64,000 nt of DNA. It comes from a virus. Taxonomy: Duplodnaviria; Heunggongvirae; Uroviricota; Caudoviricetes. The translations under genes were made by a program, and so were the position numbers. Below, in pieces: positions 19,151 to 28,347 of this stretch. Positions within the stretch are counted from its first letter, which is position 1. Each line of letters opens with the position of its first letter. Location of the stretch: positions 348,754-412,753 of the IMG/VR virus record IMGVR_UViG_3300021387_000463, one strand, 5' to 3'. Under the pieces are notes generated by a model. The model was not told the origin of the DNA and did no database searches. It was given only the letters and a program-made list of their open reading frames with translations.

Positions 19151-20228
19151 GAAAGATTTAAAGGTTATCGAGAATATCGAAAAAGAGATTTCAAAGATAG
19201 ACAAGAAGGAAAATAGAATTTATTTCTTTGTGATTGATACAAAGGGAGTTCCTAGCGGTAGCTTGGAATACATCTATAATTTGGCTCTTATCCTTAAGAA
19301 CGAAGGATATAACGTTAATATGCTTCACACTGAGGAAGAGTTTGTAGGTGTTGGTGCATGGCTAGGAGAGGAATACACAAGCCTCCCACATTTCAATGTT
19401 AACAAGGGTGAAGTTGGTACATCACCAAGTGATGTGTTGTTCATTCCTGAGATTTTCTCACAAGTTATGAACCAGACAAGAAATCTTCCTTGTAAGAGAG
19501 TGGTAATCTTGCAGAACTATGACTACGTTGTGGAGCAGATGCCATATGCAGCACAGTGGGGTGATTTTGGAATCATGGAAGGTATCACCAACTCTGATTA
19601 CCAAGCAGCAGAACTTAATGAGGCATTCCCTTATGTGAAACTTAAGAAGGTTAGACCGTTTATCTCAAAGATATTCGGTACAACAATCGCACCAAAGAAG
19701 ATGGTCATCAATGTTATCTCAAAAGACCAGAGTGACATCAAGAGAATCGTTAAGCCATTCTATTGGAAGTATCCATTCTTCAAGTGGGTGTCATTCAAGG
19801 AACTTAGAAACTTGTCAAAGGAAGAGTTCGCAAAGGAACTTAGAGAGGGCGCAATGACAATCGTTGTAGATGAGACTGCAAGCTTCATGTATTCTGCACT
19901 TGAAGCTATGAAGAGTGGTAGTATTACAATGGTTAAAGTTCCTACAACAACCGTAGATTGGGCTAATGGTGAAGAGCTTCCAAACTGTTGCGTATGGTTC
20001 AATGACTACGATACCCTTCACAAGCAGATTGCAAGTGTTGTACGCTCTTGGATTACAGACAAGATACCAACTGTACTCGCTGAAGAAGCAAAGAAGGTTA
20101 CTGAGGAATACACAGAGGAAAACACTAAGGCTGACATCTTGGCTTACATTACAGACGTTCTCGATAGGAGAAAGAAGGAAATGCAAGACTTAGTAGTCCA
20201 GATTAAAGCTAAGAAGGAGGAAGAGTAA
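19143..20228 (+). CDS. Glycosyltransferase-like protein (GT-B fold)
   Basis: 'PSGSLEYIYNLALILKNEGY', 'DVLFIPE', 'SALEAMKSG'. Confidence 0.7.
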   Translation: MSEKDLKVIENIEKEISKIDKKENRIYFFVIDTKGVPSGSLEYIYNLALILKNEGYNVNMLHTEEEFVGVGAWLGEEYTSLPHFNVNKGEVGTSPSDVLFIPEIFSQVMNQTRNLPCKRVVILQNYDYVVEQMPYAAQWGDFGIMEGITNSDYQAAELNEAFPYVKLKKVRPFISKIFGTTIAPKKMVINVISKDQSDIKRIVKPFYWKYPFFKWVSFKELRNLSKEEFAKELREGAMTIVVDETASFMYSALEAMKSGSITMVKVPTTTVDWANGEELPNCCVWFNDYDTLHKQIASVVRSWITDKIPTVLAEEAKKVTEEYTEENTKADILAYITDVLDRRKKEMQDLVVQIKAKKEEE

Positions 20229-20229
20229 A

Positions 20230-20874
20230 ATGAAAGAATTTCTAACAAGTGGCATTGTCGGAAACATTGAACTTGATAAGTCAATATGTGTGCATACATA
20301 TGAACAAGCAAAGAAGAGTCCTAAAATGAAGGAAAAACTAGAGAAATATGTTGAAAGATGGAAGCAGCTAGGATTCACTGAGGGATTCCCAGAGGAACGT
20401 AAGGAAGAGTTATCATATGCTTATGAGCAACTTGCAGTTTTTTTAATTGCTTGTGCAACAGAACAAACGCATGCATTGTTCACTGACCAAGAGAGATATT
20501 TCGACACAGTTGGTTTTCCAATGACTAGAAGAGTTCTTGGTAATCTTGAACCAAATGAGTTTGATTTCCAAATGTACATAAAGTATTGTAAGGAGTTTAA
20601 CGTCAATGACGTGATTAATTATGTCGAAGAGTTGAATCCAATAATAGAACCTTGGGGACCAGGAAGAGAGGTTGTAAGAAAGTATTTCAGCATGGATAGT
20701 GAAGCTGAAGCAGTCGCTATATGCTGCGATATGATAGAAGAAAAATTCAAAAATCCAGATAAAGATAGTAATACTATTAGAAAGGAACATTTTGATAAAG
20801 TTAAGAAACTAATTGAAACTAAGAAAGAAGAGTTAAAGAATGAAGGAACTAGTAGTGATAATACCAATGCATGA
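20230..20874 (+). CDS. Protein whose N-terminal half resembles the N-terminus of T4 gp23-type major capsid proteins
   Basis: 'RWKQLGFTEGFPE...YEQ...FPMTRRVLGNL' versus T4 gp23 'KWKPLLEGEGLPE...FENQ...GMVRRAIPNL' (recalled, not searched); far too short for an HK97 fold. Confidence 0.6.
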   Translation: MKEFLTSGIVGNIELDKSICVHTYEQAKKSPKMKEKLEKYVERWKQLGFTEGFPEERKEELSYAYEQLAVFLIACATEQTHALFTDQERYFDTVGFPMTRRVLGNLEPNEFDFQMYIKYCKEFNVNDVINYVEELNPIIEPWGPGREVVRKYFSMDSEAEAVAICCDMIEEKFKNPDKDSNTIRKEHFDKVKKLIETKKEELKNEGTSSDNTNA

Positions 20875-21649
20875 ATTTGGTAAGGAAAATATAGAACTTT
20901 TGAACAAGGCTGTTGACAGCGTACCAGAGGAAATTAAGGTAGTATTGTCACACAGCAAGAATCTTGACAAGAGAAAGCTCAAGGGTATTAATGAGCGTGT
21001 CAGCTTCATTGCTGAGTCTGAGGGTGATTCATTCGCAGAACTTGTAAATGCTGCTGTGGATGCAGTTGCAAATGATTTCAAGTGGTTCTCAATCCTTGAA
21101 TTCGATGATACATACACTGCAACATGGCTTACAAATGCAAAGAAGTATATTGACTTTATGCCAGACATGAGTGTGTTTATGACTCTTGAGGACATTACAG
21201 ATTTTAATAATGGAAAGTATATCGGTTTCGGTAATGAGGCTGCTTGGGCATCTTCATTCTCAAATGAGATTGGATATATCGACCATGACTGTTTACAGAA
21301 TTATTTTGATTTCTATCTCACAGGTTCAATCTTCAACATCGCAGATTGGCAAGAGGTGGGTGGACTTAAACCTTCAATCAAGATTACATTCTGGTATGAG
21401 TGGCTTCTTCGTGCAACCAATAAGGGCAAGAAGGTTTTTGTAATACCAAAGGTATGTTATAATCATACTCTCGATAGAAAGGGTTCTCTTGTAAACATCT
21501 ACAAGGAATCTATTGACCAAGAGGAATCACAGTGGTGGTTCGACCTTGCAAAACGTGAGTACTTCTATAAGGAAGATAGAAAGAAAGAATACAAGAAAGA
21601 ATTGCCAGATGCTGAAATACCAAATGAAGCATCAGCTAAAGAAGATTAA
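20840..21649 (+). CDS. Glycosyltransferase-like protein (GT-A / GT2)
   Basis: 'LVVIIPMH', 'WFSILEFDD', 'VGGLKP', 'FVIPKVCYNH'. Confidence 0.75.
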   Translation: MKELVVIIPMHEFGKENIELLNKAVDSVPEEIKVVLSHSKNLDKRKLKGINERVSFIAESEGDSFAELVNAAVDAVANDFKWFSILEFDDTYTATWLTNAKKYIDFMPDMSVFMTLEDITDFNNGKYIGFGNEAAWASSFSNEIGYIDHDCLQNYFDFYLTGSIFNIADWQEVGGLKPSIKITFWYEWLLRATNKGKKVFVIPKVCYNHTLDRKGSLVNIYKESIDQEESQWWFDLAKREYFYKEDRKKEYKKELPDAEIPNEASAKED

Positions 21650-21662
21650 AAATTACCTATAT

Positions 21663-21699
21663 AATGGTGCTAATTTTGGTGGTTAGCACCATTTTTTTT
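21663..21699 (+). terminator. Rho-independent terminator
   Basis: AATGGTGCTAA/TTAGCACCATT followed by a T run. Confidence 0.8.
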
Positions 21700-21701
21700 A
21701 G

Positions 21702-21831
21702 AATGTCATCAAAACGGTAACACGGAGATTTTCTCAATTGAGAAAATGTGAAAGAAAGTGTGTTGAAATTACGCAGATTTGCCTTTGATTTGATATTTAG
21801 TATTAAAAGTATACTAACAAGGGATATTCCC
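21702..21831 (+). ncRNA. Candidate structured RNA leader upstream of the late sigma gene
   Basis: Nested inverted repeats with G-U pairs on the + strand (see findings). Confidence 0.35.
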
Positions 21832-21852
21832 CATATATAAATATCTAGAGAA

Positions 21853-22626
21853 ATGTCAGAAATTTGCGTAACTGAAGAAAAAGTTAAGAAGAAGAGAGGT
21901 AGAAAACCTTCCAAGGAGAGAAAAGGCTACTTCTATGAGGAGCAAGAACAAGCTGTAGTGGATTATATCTCAACAGACGATGAGAGGGAGAAGAACAGAA
22001 TCTTTAACACTACACTTAAGCCAGCATTTACAAAGATGATTGAGTCAATTATAAGGAGATACAGTCTATATCCCCCAGACGAGGAATTCCAAGAGACATT
22101 TGATGATACCATGTCCTTCCTTATGACGAAACTATCATGCTTTGACCCTTCAACAAATTATAAGGCATATTCATATTGCGGTACAATTTGTAAAAACTAT
22201 TTGATTTATAAGATTAACCAATTCGCAAAGAATCAGAAGCGTAATGAATCATACGACACCCCTACTGATTCAACTCAAGGTGACATCGATGATAACATAA
22301 GATTTTCATACGATGAAACAGACCCTAGAAGGACTTTTCTTTCTGAGTTGACTGGTAATACCGTTGAGAATATTCAGCGTATCCTAAACGACAAGGATAA
22401 GCTTAAATTGAATGAAAATGAGGTTAAGGTGGGTATGACACTCATCAATCTTATGACGAATTGGGATGAGATTTTTGCCCAAATGGGTAGTAATAAATTC
22501 AATAAGAGTTCAATACTTTTGTTCTTGAAAGAGACCACAATGTTGAACACAAAGGAGATAAGAGACGCACTTAAGGTATATAAGAAAAGATATTATGAAG
22601 TTAAGTGGAAACTTATCAATGAATAA
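21853..22626 (+). CDS. T4 gp55-like late-transcription sigma factor
   Basis: 'YFYEEQEQAV', 'AFTKMIESII', 'FDPSTNYKAYSYCGTICKNYL', a region-2-like pattern typical of gp55 homologues. Confidence 0.8.
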   Translation: MSEICVTEEKVKKKRGRKPSKERKGYFYEEQEQAVVDYISTDDEREKNRIFNTTLKPAFTKMIESIIRRYSLYPPDEEFQETFDDTMSFLMTKLSCFDPSTNYKAYSYCGTICKNYLIYKINQFAKNQKRNESYDTPTDSTQGDIDDNIRFSYDETDPRRTFLSELTGNTVENIQRILNDKDKLKLNENEVKVGMTLINLMTNWDEIFAQMGSNKFNKSSILLFLKETTMLNTKEIRDALKVYKKRYYEVKWKLINE

Positions 22627-22638
22627 TATAAATTCTGA

Positions 22639-22646
22639 TATTTATT
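22639..22646 (+). promoter_or_regulatory. Putative late promoter TATTTATT
   Basis: Variant of the recurring motif, upstream of the baseplate operon. Confidence 0.55.
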
Positions 22647-22655
22647 ACAAAAAAC

Positions 22656-23063
22656 ATGGCAAAGTTAAAAATTGAATTAAATGATATACAGAACATCCGT
22701 GACTTGTTGCAAGAGACATACAGATTAGCGGATGAGCAGATAGTTCAAGCCCAAAACGAAATAAACAAGCTCTCAGTGTCCACACAGCTCGAACAAGAGG
22801 CTATGGATGCTAAGAGCAAGTATGCAAAGGCTATCAATGACTATCTAGGCATGAAGGACAAGGCAATATCAAAGAAGTTGGATATTGCGAAGATTCTCAC
22901 TGACATCTACCACCATAACGGTGACGTTAAGAGTGCAATGGAGAATGGTGAGAACATGAAGAACATGGACTTTAATTTTGATGACATCAAGAAGATGATT
23001 GATGAGTCATACGAAGAGAAGGACAAGGACAAAACTAAGACAATTGAACTTAACAAGAAGTAA
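22656..23063 (+). CDS. Helical hypothetical late protein
   Basis: 135 aa, coiled-coil-like. Confidence 0.75.
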   Translation: MAKLKIELNDIQNIRDLLQETYRLADEQIVQAQNEINKLSVSTQLEQEAMDAKSKYAKAINDYLGMKDKAISKKLDIAKILTDIYHHNGDVKSAMENGENMKNMDFNFDDIKKMIDESYEEKDKDKTKTIELNKK

Positions 23064-25297
23064 TGGCAAATATTAAGAATAAACAGCAAGACGCAATGGC
23101 AGCAATTGATACCGCCAAAGCGATGGTTGATAAAGTTCTTACAATCATGGAGATAATGATTTCAACTCCAAGTGTATCTTTGACATTTGCAACCAATCCA
23201 ATCGGATTCATATTGCAGTTGTTGAAACACTTGGGCGTGACCTATGAAGAACTTAGGGACTATCTTGCCAATTTCTTAATATATATAATACCAGTATTGG
23301 AAATCAGTGTTAAAACAATATTGCTTACCAATCTAAAGAACATGATTTCTTGTTCTGTTGACCCTAGAATTCCAGAAAAATATAGAAAAAGATTTAATTG
23401 CGGTGACGCATATATCGAAAACTATGGAATTAACATTGGTGTAGAAGCAATTGATTTCTTGGATAAACTATCTGAAAACCCTTTAAGTGATTTCGGAAAG
23501 GACATGTATTTCGGTCTTGAGGGTGTGGACGATGTATATAAATTCGCAAGAGCAGAGGACATGGATGCTTTCTTATGGTTTGTAATGCATAAGGGTAAGT
23601 TTCCTAATGCTTCAGCAGTAAGTGATATGTCAACGTTTTCAGATGACGTACATGGTGCAGGAAGCTATACAGTTAAACCAACTGATGCATCTTTATTGGA
23701 CGTTATTGAACTTACATCAAGTTCAGATTCTCCATCTAAGATAATGCTTGGTAATACCTTTAGTTATACTGGTTCTCCTAGCGTTATCTCAATGTGTATT
23801 GATAGACAATACGATAAGGATAACAATGTTGTAGCAAATACGTTGGTTCCAGTGTCTGATGATGTTTGCAGCGTGAATTGGTACATCAGACGTGCAGACC
23901 AATTGACCAAGAATCTTGGATTTGGCAAGAAGTCATTCGAAGGTAGGGATTTTTCAAAGGAAAGGGCAATATGTAATTTACAGTTTATTGATACAGCCTC
24001 AAGTAATTTATTCCCAGCTCAAGGTTTGGTGAACAATGCATTCAGATTCACAATATTACCAAAACCATATATACATATTCCTAATATTGAATTCGGAGAG
24101 AAGCCTTGGGGATTTGTACCTTTGCTATTCGATAGCGATGGTAGCTATAATCCAATGGGTAAATATACAATAAGAACTGATACCACACCAACAACTGGAG
24201 GTACATATACTAAGGAGAAAGTACCAGTTACGAATGATAAGGGTAAAACTGAGCAAAAACTTAAGATAACAGATACTAGGGAAACAATATACACTGTTGG
24301 AGAAGGAAAGGTAAAAGTAAATGCCAAGACTGGAAAAGTAACTGTAGATGATAAAGATAAAATTAAAAAAGGACTTATTGAGTGTTATAAGGGCTTGACT
24401 GTCTATGAGTTCAATTATGACTTTGTGATGGGCATGAAGCTCTTTGATGCAAAGGTAATGGCAACCACGCTGTTAGACACACTTGTTAACACTAGATTGG
24501 GTCTTAACTTGAATCTTGCTCAAAAGCATCAAGAGGCTACTGAAGAAATAAAGGAGATAATAAAGAACATTATCAATTCCGATGACTCAAATGTAGAAGA
24601 TTGCTATTTCTCTTTCGATAATAGAAAGTATGATGAACTATTAAGAAAGAGTGAGGAAAAGAGGGCTAGACAATACAATTTCGGCAATAGCACCAATGCA
24701 AGTGCAACATTTGAGGAAGTATATAACATTCTAGAGGAATATGATACCGCTGGTACTCTTGAGGAACAAGTGGATGTTATAAGTCGTGCAATTACTCAAG
24801 CATCTGTTACAATCACAGATGGACTTGATGAACAAGACAAGTATGGTGTTGAGTTTAATTTTGTTTTTGACTTGATTGAGAATCTAGTTCTTGCTATTGT
24901 TAATGCAGTCCTTACACCGAAGGTACTATTATTGTTGGAGGTAAACCGCCAGATAATGGGTGGTGATTGGAAAGCATTCACGATAAAGGACTTGTTAAAG
25001 GCCATGCAAGGGCTTATAATTGGCTTAATTAAGGAAGTTAGGGACTTGGTAATCCAAGAGCTTCTTAAGTTCGTTTTAAAGCAATTAGAGCCACTTAAGG
25101 AAATGATTGAGTCAATAATACTCAGAGAGCAGATTGAGAACTACACAGAGGCAATCAATGATATAATTAGGAATTGTCCAGTTATATGGTTTAGTTTCGG
25201 TAATCAAAATCTTGAGACAAAACTTGACACGGTTGATTATGCTGATATTGATGTTAGTTCTAATAGAGCTGATGATAAGCCAACTAATAACTGTTAA
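23063..25297 (+). CDS. Large hypothetical late (probably structural) protein
   Basis: 744 aa; helical ends; same operon as the baseplate spike gene. Confidence 0.7.
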   Translation: MANIKNKQQDAMAAIDTAKAMVDKVLTIMEIMISTPSVSLTFATNPIGFILQLLKHLGVTYEELRDYLANFLIYIIPVLEISVKTILLTNLKNMISCSVDPRIPEKYRKRFNCGDAYIENYGINIGVEAIDFLDKLSENPLSDFGKDMYFGLEGVDDVYKFARAEDMDAFLWFVMHKGKFPNASAVSDMSTFSDDVHGAGSYTVKPTDASLLDVIELTSSSDSPSKIMLGNTFSYTGSPSVISMCIDRQYDKDNNVVANTLVPVSDDVCSVNWYIRRADQLTKNLGFGKKSFEGRDFSKERAICNLQFIDTASSNLFPAQGLVNNAFRFTILPKPYIHIPNIEFGEKPWGFVPLLFDSDGSYNPMGKYTIRTDTTPTTGGTYTKEKVPVTNDKGKTEQKLKITDTRETIYTVGEGKVKVNAKTGKVTVDDKDKIKKGLIECYKGLTVYEFNYDFVMGMKLFDAKVMATTLLDTLVNTRLGLNLNLAQKHQEATEEIKEIIKNIINSDDSNVEDCYFSFDNRKYDELLRKSEEKRARQYNFGNSTNASATFEEVYNILEEYDTAGTLEEQVDVISRAITQASVTITDGLDEQDKYGVEFNFVFDLIENLVLAIVNAVLTPKVLLLLEVNRQIMGGDWKAFTIKDLLKAMQGLIIGLIKEVRDLVIQELLKFVLKQLEPLKEMIESIILREQIENYTEAINDIIRNCPVIWFSFGNQNLETKLDTVDYADIDVSSNRADDKPTNNC

Positions 25298-25308
25298 AAT
25301 ATAATAAT

Positions 25309-25677
25309 ATGGGTATAGAGCAGATTTGTCAAACGATTACTAATTTCTTTAATAATGTTAGACCACCATTTCCACAGATAAGTAGGATATTGTTGGTGTG
25401 TTCAATGATACGCAGACCAGGACTTTCAACCATACAGTCAGTATCAAACATTGTTAAGGATTTGAACAGATTGGGTATACCTACTGGTCCGATGCCAGAC
25501 GGTAGTGCCAATCTAACGGTAGGCGCTTTCTTTGCATCGACAAAGGAAACATATCGAGGAATTAAACACGATATGTCAATACAAGTTGGTATACAACCAG
25601 GAACACTTAATATACAAGCAGGACCTTATCCTGGAACTAATATAACCCCAGGAATGGGAATTGGTGGAGGTTTCTAA
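25309..25677 (+). CDS. Hypothetical late protein, possibly baseplate-associated
   Basis: 122 aa with a Gly/Pro-rich C-terminus. Confidence 0.7.
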   Translation: MGIEQICQTITNFFNNVRPPFPQISRILLVCSMIRRPGLSTIQSVSNIVKDLNRLGIPTGPMPDGSANLTVGAFFASTKETYRGIKHDMSIQVGIQPGTLNIQAGPYPGTNITPGMGIGGGF

Positions 25678-25679
25678 AT

Positions 25680-25871
25680 ATGAAAGAAAAAATAGATTTC
25701 ACAAAGTTAAGTAACGCAGAAATCAATATTAAGATTATGGGTTACGAAAATGAATATAATGTAAAGAAAGATAAAATCATTAAATTAGTTGATGATTTAA
25801 AGGAACTTGATGCTTTATACATTGAGGCAAAAGGCGAATTAAATAAAAGAGGTGTGTTAGCTGATGAGTGA
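25680..25871 (+). CDS. Small coiled-coil protein
   Basis: 63 aa within the operon. Confidence 0.6.
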   Translation: MKEKIDFTKLSNAEINIKIMGYENEYNVKKDKIIKLVDDLKELDALYIEAKGELNKRGVLADE

Positions 25872-26778
25872 AATAGTTGTTAAAATTGGAAAGGTAAGAG
25901 AGGTAGAGAATGTCTATTCGAAAGGTGGCTCTGATGGCATGAGAGTTAGGGCTGAATTGACAGAGGATAAACCAAAGAAACTTGAGGATATTCCTTGGGC
26001 TATACCACTCATGCCTAAAGTTTTTCATATATTACCTAAAGTTGGTGAGGCTGTGTTGGTTATATCTGAATATACTAGCAGTAACCACTCACAGAGGTAC
26101 TATATTGGACCGATTATTGCCCAGCCACAGTATATGAAATATAACAAGGATGATTCGGCATTGTCAATCTTTAAGAACTTCAAGTTTAAGCCTATAGAGA
26201 AAATATCGAACTTCGATATGTCTAGGGGCGCATTCCCAAATAATGACGATGTTGCAGTCATCGGTAGAGGCTCTGAAGATGTTACGTTAAAATACGATGA
26301 GTCAACTAGAAAAAGTGAGATAGATATACGTGCTGGTATTCGTACAGAACCTTCAATAGCGAAGGAAAGGGGCATAATGGGTAATATTATGTTTAATGAC
26401 ATTGACCCAGCTTATATACAGCTTAAGTATAAAGGTGGATTGGCTAGCAAACAGAATCACCAAGTATCTAGTATGATTAATATGGTGGCTGATAACATTA
26501 ACCTAATCAGTAACCAAGACAAAAATGTGTCTGATAATATACATGATAAGGATTCATTGATTAAGGATGAGGACTCTGACCTTATAATGGATAGGCTTCA
26601 TCAAGTACCAATGGGTGATAAGCTAGTAGAACTTCTTAAAATTATGAAGGGTGCAATTATGCACCATGTGCATCCTTGGGCTGGTATGGAACAATGTGGT
26701 GACTGGCCAGGTTATATTAATCAACTTGAAGGATATGATATTGATTCAATCCTTTCTGAATATGTTAGAATATCTTAA
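25864..26778 (+). CDS. Baseplate central spike (gp5/gpV-like OB fold with an HxH tip)
   Basis: 'IGKV...RVRA...IPWAIPLMP...PKVGEAVLV' OB-fold pattern; C-terminal 'MGDKLVELL...HHVHP'. Confidence 0.75.
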   Translation: MSEIVVKIGKVREVENVYSKGGSDGMRVRAELTEDKPKKLEDIPWAIPLMPKVFHILPKVGEAVLVISEYTSSNHSQRYYIGPIIAQPQYMKYNKDDSALSIFKNFKFKPIEKISNFDMSRGAFPNNDDVAVIGRGSEDVTLKYDESTRKSEIDIRAGIRTEPSIAKERGIMGNIMFNDIDPAYIQLKYKGGLASKQNHQVSSMINMVADNINLISNQDKNVSDNIHDKDSLIKDEDSDLIMDRLHQVPMGDKLVELLKIMKGAIMHHVHPWAGMEQCGDWPGYINQLEGYDIDSILSEYVRIS

Positions 26779-26783
26779 TAACT

Positions 26784-27260
26784 ATGTATAAACCGAATTA
26801 TGGAGACCCAATTTTGGGCAAAAATGTTCAAATAATAGGTGGGGCTAATTTTGGCTCAGAACCATATTTAATTAAAATTGGTGATAATACTACTATTTCC
26901 TTTGATTGTGCATTTGTTACGCATGATGCTGCTACTAGGGTGGTTAGGAATCTCCCAGATGGAGATAAGGAAACTGTAATATATGCTCCTATAGTCATAG
27001 GTAAGAATTGTTTCATAGGATGTAGAACAGTTGTACTTCCTGGTGTTACAATTGGTGATAACTGTATTATTGGTGCTGGAAGTATCGTTAACAGTGATAT
27101 ACCAAGTAATACAGTAGCAGCTGGAGTACCTTGTAAACCGATTTGTACTTTAGAGGCTTATAGGAATAAGCATAAAGATGATTTTATGTACATTGTATCG
27201 AAACCATTCGAGGAAAAGAAACAGATTTTATTAGATAAATTTAAAGCGAGACTCCAATAA
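26784..27260 (+). CDS. Hexapeptide-repeat (left-handed beta-helix) sugar O-acyltransferase
   Basis: IKIGDN, FVTHD, IVIGKNCFIG, VTIGDNCIIGAGSIV, AGVPC. Confidence 0.9.
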   Translation: MYKPNYGDPILGKNVQIIGGANFGSEPYLIKIGDNTTISFDCAFVTHDAATRVVRNLPDGDKETVIYAPIVIGKNCFIGCRTVVLPGVTIGDNCIIGAGSIVNSDIPSNTVAAGVPCKPICTLEAYRNKHKDDFMYIVSKPFEEKKQILLDKFKARLQ

Positions 27261-27273
27261 GAATCTCGCTTTA
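27242..27273. terminator. Bidirectional terminator; near-identical inverted copy at 61565
   Basis: TAAAGCGAGA/TCTCGCTTTA between convergent genes. Confidence 0.7.
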
Positions 27274-27324
27274 TTATTTATTCACCTTCTAAGGGTAGGG
27301 AAACTACCACCATTTTGTTTCTTG

Positions 27325-28131
27325 TTAATCCCAATTGTCTAATATTTTTGTAATTAATGGATTTCTTACTATGTCTTCTCTTGTAAATTCTGTTATTCCA
27401 ATCTCAGGTAGTTCTCTAAGATGATTTGCAGCGTATTCAAGTCCACATTCTGCCTTTTTGCTCACAATGTCACGTCTGTTAACTTGTTCGCAGTCTCCAG
27501 TTATAACAACCTTGCTGTTTTCTCCAATTCTAGTGAGCAATAACTTCATATTTTCCTTAGTATACTGCTCTGCCTCGTTTACGAGTATTAATGCATCATC
27601 AAATGTTTTACCCAAGACGTAGTTAATAAATTCGTACCTCACATAGCCACCTTCTATTAAGTTTTTTGCCATGTACTGTGGGTCATTATTACCACTGTTC
27701 TTCAGAATCTTAGTAATGGTTTCTTCGTCACATTCCTTAAATGGTCTAGTCTTGTCTTCAAAATCACCTTTAAGGTATCCAAGGTTTAAGTCCAAACCTC
27801 CAGCTGGTGCCGTAGGAACAATCATAACAATATGTGAATACCTACCTTCTTTAAGTTCCTTAAGAGCGTATGCAAGCGAAATGTAGGATTTTCCAGTACC
27901 AGGAGCACCCATACCAAAACAAACTTGATGGTTTTTATTTTTCAAAACATTTAAAAACTCCTTTTGCTTTTCGTTTTTACACTTGATGTCAAGTTTAAAA
28001 CTTAATGCTTTGAGTTGTGTGGTGTAGCCACATGATGTAAGATAATTAAGAGCACTGTCTTTTTTCATCTTTTCTTCGATGAACTCAAGTTCAAGTTCAT
28101 CCAAACCTTTCAAATTCTTTTTTTTTCCCAT
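27325..28131 (-). CDS. phoH: PhoH-family ATPase
   Basis: GAPGTGKS, LGYLKG, GKTFDDA, NEAEQ, LLTRIGENSK, GDCEQ, DIVRNP; start set to the ATG at 28131. Confidence 0.92.
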   Translation of the reverse strand: MGKKKNLKGLDELELEFIEEKMKKDSALNYLTSCGYTTQLKALSFKLDIKCKNEKQKEFLNVLKNKNHQVCFGMGAPGTGKSYISLAYALKELKEGRYSHIVMIVPTAPAGGLDLNLGYLKGDFEDKTRPFKECDEETITKILKNSGNNDPQYMAKNLIEGGYVRYEFINYVLGKTFDDALILVNEAEQYTKENMKLLLTRIGENSKVVITGDCEQVNRRDIVSKKAECGLEYAANHLRELPEIGITEFTREDIVRNPLITKILDNWD

Positions 28132-28145
28132 AAAAATTAAGTTAG

Positions 28146-28186
28146 AAAAAAAGCGCACTAGCCCTTCAAAGAACTAGTGCGCTTTT
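28146..28186 (-). terminator. Strong terminator within the phoH 5' leader
   Basis: GCGCACTAG...CTAGTGCGC followed by T7 on the minus strand. Confidence 0.75.
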
Positions 28187-28233
28187 GATTATGTAGTATT
28201 TAATGATTTCATCCATGCCATCACATATTTTTA

Positions 28234-28241
28234 TATAAATA
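28234..28241 (-). promoter_or_regulatory. Putative late promoter TATTTATA (minus strand)
   Basis: Reads GATATTTATA on the minus strand, pointing at phoH. Confidence 0.55.
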
Positions 28242-28280
28242 TCTTCAAAACGTTAATAAACGTTATATTTCATCTCAAAA

Positions 28281-28316
28281 TTTGGTTATTTCGAAATTAA
28301 TTCGTATCTTTGCAGC
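28281..28316 (+). promoter_or_regulatory. Bacteroidota-type promoter for the membrane-protein cassette
   Basis: TTTG at 28281 and CGTATCTTTGCAGC with -7 box at 28305. Confidence 0.8.
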
Positions 28317-28347
28317 ACGAAACGATAAAGAACAAATTTACAGATAA

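Noticed and set aside
20230-20874. The true major capsid protein gene
   Set aside because: It is only 214 aa, the similarity stops at about residue 106, and no continuation of an HK97 fold appears in another frame. The downstream gene is a glycosyltransferase.
21657-21914. 85-aa minus-strand ORF upstream of the sigma gene
   Set aside because: It overlaps the sigma start, crosses a terminator, and its start lies upstream of the antisense promoter motif. The region is better explained as regulatory.
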